Source of the DNA: Podarcis melisellensis
Lineage: Eukaryota
Direction: 5' to 3' (one strand)
Length of the DNA stretch: 64,000 nucleotides
Assembly: GCA_964234715.1 (NCBI GenBank)
Contig: OZ174278.1
The translations under genes and the position numbers were made by a program. Below, in pieces: positions 35,430-50,021 of this stretch. The notes beneath the pieces are model-generated. The model was not told the DNA's origin. It did not search any database and was given only the letters and a program-made list of their open reading frames with translations. Position 1 is the stretch's first letter. Each line of letters starts with the position of its first letter.

Positions 35430-35655
35430 CAGTGGTACCTCGGGTTAAGTACTTAATTCGTTCCGGAGGCCTGTTCTTAACCTGAAACTATTCTTAACCT
35501 GAAGGACCACTTTAGCTTATGGGGCCTCCTGCTGCTGCCGCGCTGCCGGAGCACGATTTCTGTTCTCATCCTGAAGCAAAGTTCTTATCCTGAAGCACTA
35601 TTTCTGGGTTAGTGGAGTCTGTAACCTGAAGCGTATGTAACCCGAGGTACCACTG
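35430..35655. mobile_element. Tc1/mariner (Tigger/pogo-like) MITE
   Basis: TIR CAGTGGTACCTCGGGTTA / TAACCCGAGGTACCACTG with TA on both sides. Confidence 0.9.
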
Positions 35656-36569
35656 TACTTGCATTGAGCTTCCAGCATACCTGTTTAAAGTAAAATAGGT
35701 GCTTACACATTTTTTTTATTAACATATTCCTATGTTCCCCCTACATTGAGATGATCTCCAAGAAGACAACCTCCCATGTACAAAATGGAGGGGGGGGGAG
35801 AGATGGAAGTAGTCCCAAGGAGATGCTGACTGGGAGTATACCCCACCATCATTGTGCTGCCACATGCTTTTCTGAAGCCATGACTGCAACAATTGCTCTA
35901 CAGGAATGTTTTTTTTTTTTAAAGCAAGATCTGGAAAGTGTTATAAGCAAAGTAGCATTTGGATTTTCTTCTGTCATACATGAGACCAGGCCTTGGAAGG
36001 CTCTTTCGGCTGTTTCTACCTCCTGGACTATTTCCATATGCCAGCAGTGCATATGATAAAAACCAAAAGTTAGTAGGATCAGTCATATGTGATTTGGTTA
36101 AAAGCAACATCCGTTTACACAAATCCATTGACACATACCCAGGCATTGACACAAATCCAGCCAGCCACATATTCCGCCAATATCTCTCTCACTCCCTTTC
36201 CCATCCATGTTCCCCCCCTCTCCATTACCACCCATTCTTTCTTCCTTCCCCACACGTCTCTCTCTTTCTTTCTTTTGCACCCACACCAACAGCCATTCAT
36301 TCTCTCCTTCCCTCTATCCATCTATCTCGGTCATTGCCTTTTTAAGAAATACCAAATGCATTGCTCTTGCAAGGAGTGTGGAGGCTACAGTCTTAATTGT
36401 TCACTATTGCTTTCAGGCAAGTAACATGAGTTGTCTGCTTGCTCTGTCAAAATTGCTTCTTTGCTCAGATGCGATTGCTTTCCTCCCTCAAAGGTAGGTT
36501 CCTTTCCTTCCATGCTCTCCCACATGTTGTTTTAGTGGCAGCATGGTGGAGGAGAGGCCATGGATACAA

Positions 36570-36810
36570 TGTTATTGTTGGCACCCTTATGTCTCAGGAG
36601 ACAATGGAAGAGTACAGCCTCAGGTCGAACCTATCGGAGAGTTACAGCACCAGCTTTGGATGTAGAGGAGGGACATGTCTTATTGCAGGTGGGGCAGATG
36701 AAGGGATCCAGTTTTGCTGCTACAGGAGCACCATGGTGTGTCTTCTCGCTACACTCCTCCCAGTGGTCACTCTGCTCACTGCTGCAGATACAAGACCTGA
36801 CTGTCCAAGA
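36570..36810 (-). mobile_element. RTE-clade LINE 3' fragment
   Basis: Minus strand encodes PFICPTCNKTC (C-terminal Zn-knuckle), followed by ccattgtctcctgagac..gccaacaa, a typical RTE end. Confidence 0.65.
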
Positions 36811-36899
36811 AAAAATGCAAAAGACCTGGTCATTGATGTTTTCGGCATGAATTATAAGTCACAGGCCAGGAATTTTAACCACGGACCATTTAACCTGCC

Positions 36900-37115
36900 T
36901 TCAGTTCACATTCACACTGTACTTTTTGAATACTCCTATTCCACTTTAACAGTCATGGAGAATCCTTGGAGTTCTAGTTTGTTAAGAATTGCCAGGATTG
37001 TAGATGTGGAAGGTCAGTACCTTTAGCAAACTACAATTCCCGGGGTTCCCATGGGAAACCATGACTGTTAAAGTAGAGCAGGAATGTTTTAAATGCATGG
37101 TGTGGATGTGACTGA
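36900..37115. mobile_element. Old palindromic MITE (PIF/Harbinger-like)
   Basis: Inverted arms cacattcacac..actttaacagtcatgg / ccatgactgttaaagt..gtgtggatgtg. Confidence 0.5.
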
Positions 37116-37686
37116 TCTGTCAGTATGGCTGATACTTCTTTTGTGTATCATCTCAAGGTAGCCTTGGGTTCTAGAACTACCTCATTTTGTAACAAATGAA
37201 GAGTTTCTGAATCTTGGCAAACTAAATAGCACAAAAGGTTATTTAATATGACATTAAAATTCTGACAAAGAACACTTCTCTGAGGAAATGAAATGCTAAC
37301 ACACTGACACAATATCCTCTACTTATGCAAATAACTGGTTATGGATTTCTTGGTGACAATCCCTCTGTCATGTTTACATTTACATAAAGAGTTGTCTCTT
37401 GGAAAATATTGCACAATCAATAGGAGGAAAAGAACAAAGTTAATGTTAGACCATTCATAATTGCAAGCATTTAATACTACATTTTTTTACTATAACGTTA
37501 ACTTTACAAATAGTCTGGGGTTGGAAGAAGTGGGTACACAGCTTGGTAGTACTTCTAGATCCTTTGCTGTCACTTGAGGGGGTATTCTTTTTGTTTGTTA
37601 CTATGCTATTTTTTGGTGTTTTATATTGTAAACCATTCTGTGAGCCTCAGATTAAACGTGGTCTAGAAAATACATGCATTCATTCA

Positions 37687-37719
<33 letters not shown>

Positions 37720-37831
37720 TTGATGGAAATTGCATTGATAAATGTATATGACAGTCTGTTGGAAACATGTTAGCTTAAACAGGACTATGTTATTGTCAAA
37801 TCCAATATAACAGGGCTTGGAACAGATAGAC

Positions 37832-37967
37832 CAGGCATAGGCAAACTCGGCCCTCCAGATGTTTTGGGACTACAACTCCCAACACCCCTAGCTAACAGGA
37901 CCAGTGGTCAAGGATGATGGGAGTTGTAGTCCCAAAACATCTGCAGGGCCGAGTTTGCCTATGTCTG
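37832..37967. mobile_element. hAT-family MITE
   Basis: Same family as 2792. Perfect 8-bp TSD agatagac. Confidence 0.9.
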
Positions 37968-39119
37968 AGATAGACTGACTATGTAACAGACACTCAAGGA
38001 TATTTCCACCTAAAGTGCACCATAAAAAGTGTATTTCGGTCTTTCTTATGAAAGGCAGCAGGATCTTTTGTGGAAAGACAGTTTCAGATGGAAACAAATT
38101 AGTTAATGATAAATTGCATAACATATGTAGTTCAAAGCACAGCTAGACATCAGGCATGATTTGAACAATGCCTATTTGAATCTGATATATATATTTCAGT
38201 CTGGGGTTAAGTTCACTTTCCAGACAATCTGAATATGGTGAATGGGAGGCAGGACAGTGAGTTATCATGCCCATGCAGGACTTCCACCCTATGTTTCTGC
38301 ACTGAGCAACAAGTAAGACTGAGGAGTCAGGTCACCTGATCCTGCTGGACTTCAAAGCTACAGGAGACCTTCTGGCCATCGGCGGTGGTGGCACGTCAGA
38401 ACAACAGAAGCCAGGCTAACAGTTCCCTTCCCTTGCTTTTTATCCTCTCTCCTGCTATACAATGTTTATTCTGCCTCTGCAGAATATCAGCGAGCTAGCA
38501 GCTAGATAGAAACATGATTAAGAATCCATTACATTTTAAAAAGTTCCTTGCAACCATGGGGTAAGTGTTGCTGTGCAATCAAACACTTTGGATAGGAAGG
38601 ACATGCAGGCTGCTATGTCAGCACAATGTCTCAGATCATGGTTATGCTGGCACTGCAAGGATACTAACTCCTGCATCACAGGAAGATTTGCCAGTGCAAA
38701 TATTTAGCATCTAAGTTGCCAAGAGCCAGTGATTAAATCTTGATATATCTGCAGCAATTAAAACTTGACATCTTGTTTCCAGCCTCTAATACCCAATCTC
38801 TATCTTTTGTACTGTCCCCTCCTATGAATTAGTTGGATAGCTTCCACCTGTCTGGAAACTTGGGTGCTTTAATCTTTCATCCCTTGTATTGATAATCAGT
38901 ACATTGTGCATCACTGCAGCACTTTATAATTATAACCTGATTCAGCATACAGTTAACCAAAGCTAATGCGACTTGTAGTCTACAACAGATCTGCAGTCTC
39001 TTCCTCTCTACTGTTGTGGAATGAGCTTGCAAAGGATAAGGTATTGGTCATCATAAATATGTATCCCATACACAGAAGCCACAGTATCCTGATTTTATTT
39101 GATAGGGCGTTTTTGGTGA

Positions 39120-39120
39120 A

Positions 39121-39163
<43 letters not shown>
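39120..39163. repeat. (ATT)n microsatellite
   Basis: Directly visible. Confidence 0.95.
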
Positions 39164-39165
<2 letters not shown>

Positions 39166-39429
39166 CACAATTAAAAGATGAAAAACCAAAATATAACATA
39201 GGCATGTAGAGTTGCACATGAGTTAAAATAACAAAGTCCAGATAAAGACTATCAACTTTATCAGATCATCAAGCGGAGTTCTAGATTTGCCAGGCTTGTG
39301 ACAAGCATAGTCTTGAAAATGATGGTTCCACTGTATATGTCATAAATGAATGCAAAATCATATAAAACGTTACTGGAGGTTTTTGTCCCTGTCAAAATAT
39401 CAAATTATGTATGATGTTCTCCACTATAG

Positions 39430-40197
39430 CTATGTTCCAGAGTGGGTGGCTCTAAACATCCAGTGTAGGATTTTCGGCTGTTTTCCATTGTGATGCACAT
39501 ACTATTGTGCTACCAAAATCACATACAAGACCAATTCTTTTGAAGATATATTTACAATAGTATCATCAAAAATATTCAGTAACATTAATTTTGGACAACA
39601 AACAATAGTTTCTTTAGTAATATTTATCATTTGTCAAAATTAAATCCCAAAAATATTGCACCAACTGCCATTTCCCACCATAAACAATATGTACCAAGTT
39701 TACTACAACACCTCCAGCAATTAGGTGATACAGCAGAAAATATGGTTGACATTTGCAAAGAAGTGAGATACCATACGTGTGATCAGTTTTAGGACTTTTT
39801 TACTACACTGGAGAAGTTACAAGCTCTGTGTATGACTGCCAAGAAAGTTTTTTAATCTTTTTGCTCTGCACCCTCTAAAACTGATCTAAATTCCAAAGTC
39901 TGTCACAATTTCACTTAACACCCACATGGTCATACAGCTCTTTATTATATTGTAGAAAGTTTTGGATTTTTTTCCAGAGTTTTCCACACACAATTCCATA
40001 GCTTCATTTGCACTTATTTCTATTACTTGTATCTTCCGAGTTAATTTTTCTCATGGATCTTTAATAGTATTGAAGCCTCTTTGCCACTTTACAAGTAAGG
40101 AGGCATGCAGATTTTGTATTTTGACAGTAACTGCCTTCATCAAGGCTGTTGTTGAAGCAATATCTGCTAGTCCAAGCTTTTCTCCCTTGGTGGTCAT
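39430..40197 (-). mobile_element. Ancient decayed L1 fragment
   Basis: Minus strand at ~39660-39730 encodes SPNCWRCCSKLGTYCLWWE, a remnant of the ORF2 CCHC region. An upstream segment looks like ORF1 coiled-coil. Confidence 0.55.
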
Positions 40198-43100
40198 TTT
40201 GTGTACTTTGTTTGCACTCTGTTTTCCTTGATAAGATTATAGCAAGCCAGAAAGAGAAGACTCACAATTCTGGAAGATATTGTTTGCTGCTTTCATTTGC
40301 AAGATCAAAAATATCTTTAGAAAGATTCAAAGTTCAGTTTAATCCATTGAAATCAGTTGTAAAGACTTGTTAGAATCAGAACTGTTCCCAAGAAACTGCT
40401 GTTTGACTCTTTGCTGCACCTCCCCCTCCAATTTTAATTGATGTTGATGCCAGTTCAGTTAAACCTCAAGAAAGGCAGAGCTTGGTCTAGTTCAACTAAA
40501 GGGCATGAAAGACCAAGGGAATTAAATAATTTATTGTTTAATTTTTGTTTTGACTGCAGGTTTTATTTAAAAATACAATCTCCAAATATTTCTATCTTCA
40601 GCTACAAAATAGCCACCCTAATTATCTGAAAAACCTTTTCAGTAATGAGTTACCAGGAAACAGGATCACCTTTCCATAGTTTCTAGGTTCAATTATGAGT
40701 CAAACGTATTGTTAAAAATAAAACCTAATTATATATACATAATTGACAAACACTGTAGCATATTGTTTTCTTGGAAGTCCCCCTTCCCACTCATATAAAT
40801 GAATTTCTTCGAAAAATGGTCTGTGAAGCTCCACTTCAGCCATATTTTTATATCTTCTAAAATAATTCTCAGTGTCACTGGCAACAAGCTATCTCTATTG
40901 GAAGGAGCTGACCTCCTATCTAAGGTTAATCCCTGATAAACTAACAGATAAATGGATGAAGGGTATACACAATCTCTAACAAAACCTATAGCTCAGACTT
41001 CAAGAAATTGTTTCCTAAACAAAATTCTAAGCACACTTACTAGGGAATGTGAGTTTTACTCTTGGTGTTTAGAATGGTATTGCAGATATGGGAAAGAACC
41101 TTAGCTCAGTGACAGAGTGCATGTCCTGTAAACAGGGGTCTCAGGTCAAAACCCACCCCAACGTTTTCTGTTATTAAATTTCTCAAAGGAGTCCAGGGTG
41201 GCAACCACACAAGCTATAAAAAATATTAAAAAACAATTCCAATACAGATGCAGACTTTATTGTACAATTAAAAGACCTTTAGAAAGAGGAAGGCCTTCAC
41301 TAGGCATTGAAGAGATAACAGAAATGGTACCCTCAGGAGGCAGAATGTGATGGGACTGACCTCTGTCTAAGAACCAGGTGATGTTCTGTGAGTCAGTATA
41401 CAACAGTGGCCTAGGTTGACAACATCATTTGACCTGGAATAAGATGGCTTCCTATGTGCCAATAACAAAACTGTTGAATACAGAGAGAACCCAAACTCTG
41501 TGCTTAAAAAGAAATAAAAAACCACTCCCCATGTTCTACTCAATTTTCCAGCCTGTCACTGTTGCCAGTGGCATTAAGTTGTTATTTATTTATTTCATAA
41601 AAAATTATACACCTCTTGAAAGTAAAAAAACCCCTCAAAGCAGTTTTACTAGAAGATAAAACAATAAAATCAATAAAAAATCAGAACTGTACTTTAAAAC
41701 ATGGAAAAGTTAAAATACTAAAACAGATTGAAATTACCTCATGGCACATTACTGTATGTCACTTGGCCAATGCCTGCATATCACTGAATTCAAAGAAAGC
41801 CAAGTGTACAGTATAATCCTTGTTAATTTTAGTAGCGCTAGCTTCTATGCAATTATGTTTCAGGCTATGTCTGGAAGAATTTATAACTGGTGCCAGGGGG
41901 AAATCTGCCACCCATGACTATTTCTGCAATGGGACAGGCTGATCTCAGTCCACAAGAGATGACCCAGAAAGCAGGATGTTTATTAAATTTAGAGGAGTAC
42001 AGCGTGGTTAATCTAGGAAAGTTGATACATTACTGATCATTGGCCATGCTGGCTGGGGCAGGTGAATTGTAATCCAAAGGATCTGGAGGGCACCAATTGG
42101 GGAAGAATAATGGGCCATCCCTCTGGAGTTGAGACAGGCTTGAGATTTAACCCAGAACAGCATTATTGAAAGGAAGTAATGGAAAATATGACATTAAAGT
42201 TCCTGAAGAGTTAGCCAAAAGGGTGGGAGTAAGAGCCCTTTAAAAAGCAGTAGTTTGGCAAATAAGCAAAGGACAGCTAAGTCAGCAGCAAAAATTTAGA
42301 AGAATTACTATTGCTTCTCTGACTTGGCTCACCTGTTCCATTGCTAGGGCTGCCTGTAAATTAAACCCAGTCTGGGTGGGGCGTGATAAAAATCTGTCAA
42401 TATATTTGCAGACGAATTTGCCTAGAAACAGACAGTGTTATCTGTAGTAGTGTTATTTGTGTGGAAAAGCTAATAGTCTGAATTATGGCTGGAATTCTAT
42501 ATGTGCCAAAAAAGAAAAGGGAAAGGGAAAGAAAGAGATAGAAAGAGGCTGTAAAGGGAAACAAAAGCATATGGCCAGGAAAGAAAGAGCTACAAAAAGC
42601 CACGGTTGGTGCCTTCATTCTGGCAGAAGATTAAATGAGTGTAAGTCCTGACTGAGCTCACATGAGGGCCATTGCATGGCAGAACGCTTATGTGTCAGGT
42701 CTGTCTATTTTTCACAGTTGTTTAGAAATAAAATAAATCACTCCGTTCAAGCCAGACTAATTCCAATCTGCAAGGATGAAGCTTTGCGCCATATTTCTAC
42801 ACAAATATTTGGTTGATGGGAGCCCAATCATGATAGATTTTCAATCAACATGTTTTTAATTTGGATTATTTTACTTGTGGCTTATGTTTCCAACTCATCC
42901 AGCTAGATTGTGATCATAGGGACAATTCTTACATTCAAATTGTGAAGTTACCCAAATCAGTGAAATGTATTTTGACATCCACGGTGAGACCACTGATGGG
43001 TACAAGAGTTAATTAAAAATAAACTACTGAAAACTATATAATACACTGACCACACATCCCAAAATATATTTTATTTGACAAAACTGTCATTCACAACTGC

Positions 43101-43454
43101 CAATTATCCTTTATCTTACATAGAATACCACATGTTCCATTTCCTTGAAAGAAAATATATAGGAATTTGATAATGCATCACATTTTCCCTACAAGAACAA
43201 AAAATAGTTCAGCTAAGAATCAAACTATTGCTAACTCAGACACTGTTCCCCTGCTCATTACTTACTTTCCAGCAACAACAAAAATGTTGCAATACAGTCT
43301 ACAAAAAATGTGATTGCAAAATGTCTCTCCTTCCTGCTACCTGGCCATTTGGCCATTATATCTTAAAAATTCACACACAGAGAGAAATCTGAAAGAGCAG
43401 CACCAAACCACTAGCAAGGGTAAACCAGATTAAGTTAAACAGTTTTAAAGCCTG

Positions 43455-43870
43455 GATAACTAATGTTTAAAGCGGCTCTGAAAAGACATCAAGTTAGTCA
43501 CCAGGTGAGCATCCTGAATAGGGAAGGTCCACAATCAAGGGACCACTACTTCAAAGATCCTTTTTCCAACAGCCTCCCAATGCACCCCAGATAGTATCTG
43601 GAGCCTGCTCCATATACTAAAATGGGCAGGTGCATGTGTGGAGACAGGCAGTGTTTTGATCCCAAGCTGCAAATAGCTTCAAAAGACTAGCACAATAAAA
43701 TGAACCTGGAAACAGACTGGACTAGAGATGAGTGCATTCGAGAAATCACCAATGCTAGTTAGCAATTTAGCAGTGATATTTTGAACAAACTGCAGTTTCT
43801 GAATTGTCTACAGAGGGCACCTCTTGTCTTGCACATTAGAGTTTAATCTGGAGGTTGCAAAAGCATGAAT
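43455..43870 (-). mobile_element. Decayed L2-like LINE 3' fragment
   Basis: Pattern aaagcctgg..gggaaggtccacaa..cccaagctgc..tgaacctggaaac..actgcagtttctgaa resembles an antisense squamate L2. A similar decayed piece lies at ~30640-30920. Confidence 0.4.
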
Positions 43871-46800
43871 AACAGGAGTAATTGATTAGAGAGGTAATAG
43901 GTGAATGGGTATTTAAATGTACATTTTCTGAGTCTAGACATAGTAACATGTCAGACATTAATGAAAGGGAAGTGAACTTTATGCTTCTAGAATTGTCCTT
44001 CTTCTGAAGCACAGAACACTTGCCTGATCAAATTCAGTTACAGAACAAACAATTCAGTTTCAATTTCTGAACTGGGAAGTCAGATAGTGATCTGTTTTGT
44101 ATGGTGTGTTCCTCCATTGCTGTAACTGAATAGATTTTCTGCCCATGGCTTTTACTTAACATTACAGTTCAGTATAATATCCATCTGGATGTTCTGATAA
44201 AGGAATGTGAGATGAACCACCAATTATTGCAGATCAGCAAAGCAAGTCACATTGATATGATTGATCTGAAGATGGCTTGGACTACTCACTTGTCAGGCAC
44301 CTGGATGATCATTGTTCAAAGACATGTTGTGCATTTTCCTACTGGCAAAACTATGCAGAAAACCTGTTTTTGACTTGCAAATATTATATCTGGGATTAAT
44401 TTTGAAAATATACCCAATACCATAAGAAGGCAGTTATTTGAAACTGGGCACATGTATTCTAAGGTACGGATGATTGGGCTGAAAAGCATTAGATTTATAC
44501 ATATGGTGGCAGTCCAAAAATAAAGATCTGAAAGGGAAAATGAATCAAACTCTTTGGCACTGACCTTTAGGAATGTTCCCCACATCAAATCCAAGAATAC
44601 TTTGGAATAGATGCTGGTGTAAAAGTGTGAGCCCTAGATCAAATTTCCCAGAACAGTGTGAGATCCAGCCTGGCATAGCTGCTTCTCATGCCATTGGAGG
44701 GATGTGTAAATGGGCCAGGTGACATAGTTAATCTGCCCCAACATTGCCCTTGAAGTTCTCACTTTAGATGATTCAACCACATTTTCTTCTTTTCAAATGT
44801 TACAGTGGTGGCATAGGAAGCAGCCATGCCACAGTAGTACCCAAGCTGTTCAGGGAGCATGGGCATAATTTAATCAGCCTCCAGACTTGAAGTGGTTACT
44901 ATATGCTATTCTGGTTCTCTGTGTGTGGGCTACTCATGGTTACAAATTTCTAGATGGAGGTGATGGGTGGATTTTGTTCTAAGCCTCACACAGAAATCGC
45001 ACACATTCTTTCACAAAAGCCAACTCTTTTAAAATATCATGGTAGTGCACAATAAAATTAGTAAACCATAATAAAAATATAAAATTTTGTATTCCACTTA
45101 TGATCATTCATTGATGTAACAAAGAAAATGGTTAGTATGTCTCTTCAATTTATTATTGATACAAGTGAGCAAGTATTCATGATGGATATAACCTGTTTTC
45201 CACCAAAATATCAACACATTCACCAGCGTAAGTCATTGTCAGACTTAAGTCACTTTTATAAGCTGAGCCAAAAATTCTAAATGAGTAGGCATATTCATCT
45301 ATAGTAGTTTTTGTGGCACCTTGAAGCCTTACAAATGTACTGTAGCATCAGCTTTTGTAGGCAAGACAAAACCACTTTATGGAGTGATCAGAGGTCCTTG
45401 CCTCTAGAAGAGAATAGCATAATCAATGTTAGCCCTTAAGGTTTCCTTCTTCCACCTGTTATCCTTCAGCCGTTTTGGCTTACAACTCTGATCAGCTCCA
45501 ACCAGCATGGGGCTGGCTGGGGCTGATGAGAGTTGCAACGGAAAACAGCTGGAGGGCACCAGGTGTGAGAAGGCTGATTTAATGTATTGCAAGCCAAGGT
45601 ATGGTTTCCAGCATGAAAACTTCAGTCTTGACCTTACAATCCATATCCTTCTAAAATGCATTTTCAATTTTGTTTTGTCCAAATATAGAGGGCAACATGA
45701 GATTCTCTGCTATTAACCTTCTTAATCAAGGGTTTGTTATGCAATACTCTCAAAAATAAGCATCATTTCCAAGGTTGGAGGGAAAATATTTGGAACAAAC
45801 AATTCCTATCCAGGTACTAAAAGGGGGACATAGAGATACTGAGAAAATAAATTGGCTAACAAACATATTTTTGTTTTAGTGGCTCATATAAGGTTTTGAC
45901 AGGTATATGTAGGAGAAGCATTATAAAATAAGTATGGCTTTATCCATTTATTATTAATATCAGTTATGTCAGCCAAAAGCTGAATTACAAAGATTAAAAC
46001 ACAAATTAGGTATGACATTCAAATGAAAAAAAAAGTACTAAACATTAAAAATATGTCTTGCATTATTCTCTGAAGGTCACTAGCCTAGATTTCTGTTAAG
46101 GCTGCCAAGGGAAGCAAATTTCAAAAGTGCTATCTCAATGGAATGTTCAAACCCAGTTATAGACCAAACGTCTTCCAGCTTATCTTTACTACCATGGAAG
46201 AGCTTCTGCCAAGGGCTTTAAAGGTCACAAGAAATGTTCTGAATTCATCTAAACAATATAAATTGACAAAGCAGATGTAAAAGTAGTTGTAGAATGCTCT
46301 CAGCTAAGACTCGGGTCTATCCACTCACAATTCATTTGAATTTTATGCTGCAACCTCAAATACACTTAATAGGGAGACAAACCCATTGAATACCCTGGGA
46401 CTGACATCTGAATAAACCTGTGTAGTACTGTAATATCCCTTTGTAAGATGAGGAAAATAAGGAAATATTTAGTGAGTAGAGTTAAACCCCTATCTCTCTT
46501 TCACACAGCAACACTCACACACACGCGCAGAATATAATAATGCTGTGACAAAACCCATACTCTAATTTCTCAAAAGTTTTCTTCCCCTTTGAAAGTGGAT
46601 TCCATTTTTTCTACATCTAGCTTTACCAACTGAGGATACATGGGTGTTTTCAGGAAACACAGGAACCAAGAAGACTGAAGATCACTAGATATATGTTTTG
46701 CAGAATGCAAGGGCAAACCCCCTTCCTCATCTTGGAAGTAAGGTTAGCAAAACAAAATCCTTGCGCTCATCAGAATTTCACTGAAAAATTCTCTCTCATT

Positions 46801-47328
46801 TGATGGTTTTTCAGGTGTAATTTCTTTTCTCATTAATTGATGGTTATAAAAAAAATATGAATCAGGGCAACATTTTGGCATAGAACTACAGCATATTGTA
46901 TGCTGGCACACAAATATTGATAATTACATTGTGGGTATGACATAGAGAGGAAATGACCTAGGAAGAAAATGTGATGACAAGTTATTACATGAATTTGTCT
47001 TCCAAATACTATGACAGGGACTAGGGTGAACATAAACAATCTGACAGGTTGTGATGCAGTGTGGAATGAATATATTTTATACTGCTTAAACTCCATAATG
47101 GATTGTGAAATTTAGAATAGATCCTTAGATACTTTAGACATCTAAGTTGCTCAGTGCATGCTAGGAGGCAAAGAGGTAGGTGATGCCACGTTTCTTTCAC
47201 CATATTGGAGACTGATCATATTAGATGAGATCTAGAATGGTCTGGTGATGCCTCCTAGGCAATGCTAGACTTTGTCCATATTATTAAATATCAAGACCAT
47301 GGCAAGGAGAAATTGTGTGATGGTTGTA

Positions 47329-47539
47329 CAGTGGTACCACTGGTTACGTACCTAATTCATTCCGGAGTTCTGTTCTTAACCTGAAACTGTTCTTAACCTA
47401 AAGCACCACTTTAGCTAATGGGGTCTCCCGCTGCTGCTGCGCTGCTGAAGCACAATTTCTGTTCTCATCCTGAAACAAAATTCTTAACCTGAGGTACTAT
47501 TTCTGTAACCTGAAGCGTGTGTAACCCAAGGTACCACTG
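47329..47539. mobile_element. Tc1/mariner (Tigger/pogo-like) MITE
   Basis: Homologous to 35430. TIR CAGTGGTACC / GGTACCACTG with TA flanks. Confidence 0.9.
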
Positions 47540-47709
47540 TATAGCTATATCACACTTCCTTCTTTCTGTAGCAGAGACAGATTTCATAGGAAAGCATTGC
47601 ATCCTGGGTAGATTGCCATATTGTTTTTGTCAGAAATAGAACCCAGACCTTCACTGCGGATTCTAGTTGGGAAATAATTTTTCCCCAACCTGATAATATA
47701 ATAATTGCA

Positions 47710-48384
47710 GGCGGAGATGAAATAGCGTACAGGGGGGAGGTTCAAAAACTATCTATATGGTGCTTAGAGAATAACTTGCACCTAAATATTAGCAAGACAA
47801 AGGAGATGGTCTTGGACTTTCGGAGGAAGAGAGGGGAACCGGCCCCGTTATATATCGGGGGGGGGGGCTGTGTGGAGAGAGTCTCCTCCTTTAAATTCCT
47901 GGGAGCTTACCTTAGTGAGGACCTCACTTGGAAAATCAACATAACTCAGATGGTCAGAAAAGCCCAACCGAGACTCCATTTCCTCAAGGTCTTGCGAAAG
48001 AATAATGTTAAACAACAGCTGATGAACTCCTTTTACCGGTCCACAATAGAAAGTGGCCTGACAGCCACGGAAAGAAAGTCTCTACAGAGGGTAGTGAATA
48101 CAGCACATGATATCATGGGCTGTCCCTTGAGTCCACTAGATGACATCACAAGGCTAGCACCTCTTTAATCTTCTACCCTCGGGCAGGAGATATAGAAGTA
48201 TAATCAGCTGTACCAACAGGCTAAAAAATAGCTTCTATCCGTGGGCTGTTAGGCTGTAGAACGGAAAATAACATAGTGCAATTGACTTGCAAGGTGGTGT
48301 GTTGTTCGATAAGAGAATGAGTGCTTGGGGGGGGGAGGCTCATTTAATTTCATTGTACAATGTACATTGTACAAGACAATAAAT

Positions 48385-48427
<43 letters not shown>
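47710..48427 (+). mobile_element. Rex1/Babar-type LINE 3' fragment with (TTA)n tail
   Basis: WCLENNLHLNISKTKEMVLDFRRK..VERVSSFKFLG..DLTW..KAQPRLHFL, then LLPSGRRYRSI..TNRLKNSFYP. AATAAA followed by (TTA)n. Appears internally deleted. Confidence 0.85.
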
Positions 48428-49738
48428 GGCAAGTTTCCAAGCTTCTAATCATTCAACCTAGTCTATTTCTTTTTCTGAGTAAGGCTTAAAAGTGTCTGGA
48501 GCCCTCTTCAGGCATTTCTTGCCAAACACGAAGGGGTCTGCACCCTTAACAACATGTATACCTTCCAATGTAATACAAAACTTGCTTCTCCATTAATAAA
48601 ACTTTTTCACAGGAGCTTTCTAGTGGGAGCAATTGGGGCATTATTGGGAAGGCCTGATAAGTCACCAAGGGAAGAAGATATTTAACTGAGAAAGTGAATA
48701 ATGTGAAAAAGATAAATACCATAAATTGTCTTATTTATTTGAGAAGCAAGTTTTTTATAACAGTAAACCCCTGCGAAAAAGTTTTGTTAACGAAGAAGCA
48801 AGTTTTGCAACATAAAAATCTCCTGCAAAAATAAGAAGATAAAATCCCACTGGAACAAGCCATTGCCTGCACAGATTGTTTTCATTTTTTAGAAACTCAC
48901 ACATGCCATTCCTTAGTTTAGTTGAATGTTTTTGCCCCTTTTCATGTTCAGCAGAGCCAACAGCTGCCCTTGACTACTTGGCATCTACTTTTATGGGTTT
49001 CCACCCATCTTGAACCTATCAAAAATATAGAAAGTCTGCATGCTTTCCTCTAGAACTTTAGATTAGTCAGTCAAATAAATATCTTTGCCCTCTAGGAGTG
49101 CATCTTATACTATGTAAAAAGAAGAAATAAATAAAGAAAAACCACATTGTCATAGGCAATTTACAATAAGTGTGTTACGTATGTGGGCAAGTCTGTTTTC
49201 TGGAAGAACTACCTCAGAAGCATTAGTCTTGCCTCAAAAGGGGGCATATGATGCTGTAATTTCTTTCAAAAACAATTTCTGTATGTAGTTTCAATTTAAA
49301 AGCAAACTTTTCAGGAACATGTGAGACATCAGGCTTGTATAGGGAGCCTGTACATTGTTGTGTGTTTTTTAGCCCTATTACTTACCTTTAGGCACACACA
49401 TGCACCGATCAGCAGAAGTAGTTTGTGAACATTTATCTTTGCATTCGAGCTCTTCTGGAATCCAATTTCTCCTGATTACTATTGCCTCAGGCCATGTCCC
49501 ATCTGCTCCAACGGTAAAGAGAGTTCAACACACACAGAGACATAGATATCAGGTTTTTTCCCCATGTCAATACTACAGAGGTGGGTGGAGTTGGAAAGCA
49601 TATTACTGTTCTCATACAGAACTTCTATTGAAGTTTGCTAGGTATAGTTTTATCAGTGTTTCCAGTAATCCTCTAATCACCAAAGAGGGGGAAATATGTC
49701 AGACAAGTATTGAAGCACATTGGGGAGGATGTGTGTGT

Positions 49739-50021
49739 CAGGGACGGAGGAAAGGGGGGTGCGGTGGGTGCTGGCTGCCCCAGGTGTCACCGCAAGGGCT
49801 GCAGCACACCCGAGCCATGTGTCTCTCCTGGGAGAGATGCGGTGGCTTAGGTTCGCACTGCCCAAACGGCCCGCCCTCTACCTCTCCCCAGCTGTAGGGC
49901 GGCTGAGTGGGAGGAGGCAGGCAGACTCTAGAGGCCCTGTGGTGCACCCCGCCCCTATGGGCGGCTCACCCCACCCCTGGGCACGCTGTCCCATGCGCCC
50001 GAGCGGCTTCCTCCACTGCTG
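49739..50021. mobile_element. GC-rich non-autonomous hAT element
   Basis: Homologous to 28438-28751. TSD gtgtgtgt/gtgtatgt. Confidence 0.85.

Noticed and set aside
36439-37026. 195-aa plus-strand ORF
   Set aside because: It is antisense to an RTE fragment and runs into a MITE. No coherent protein features.
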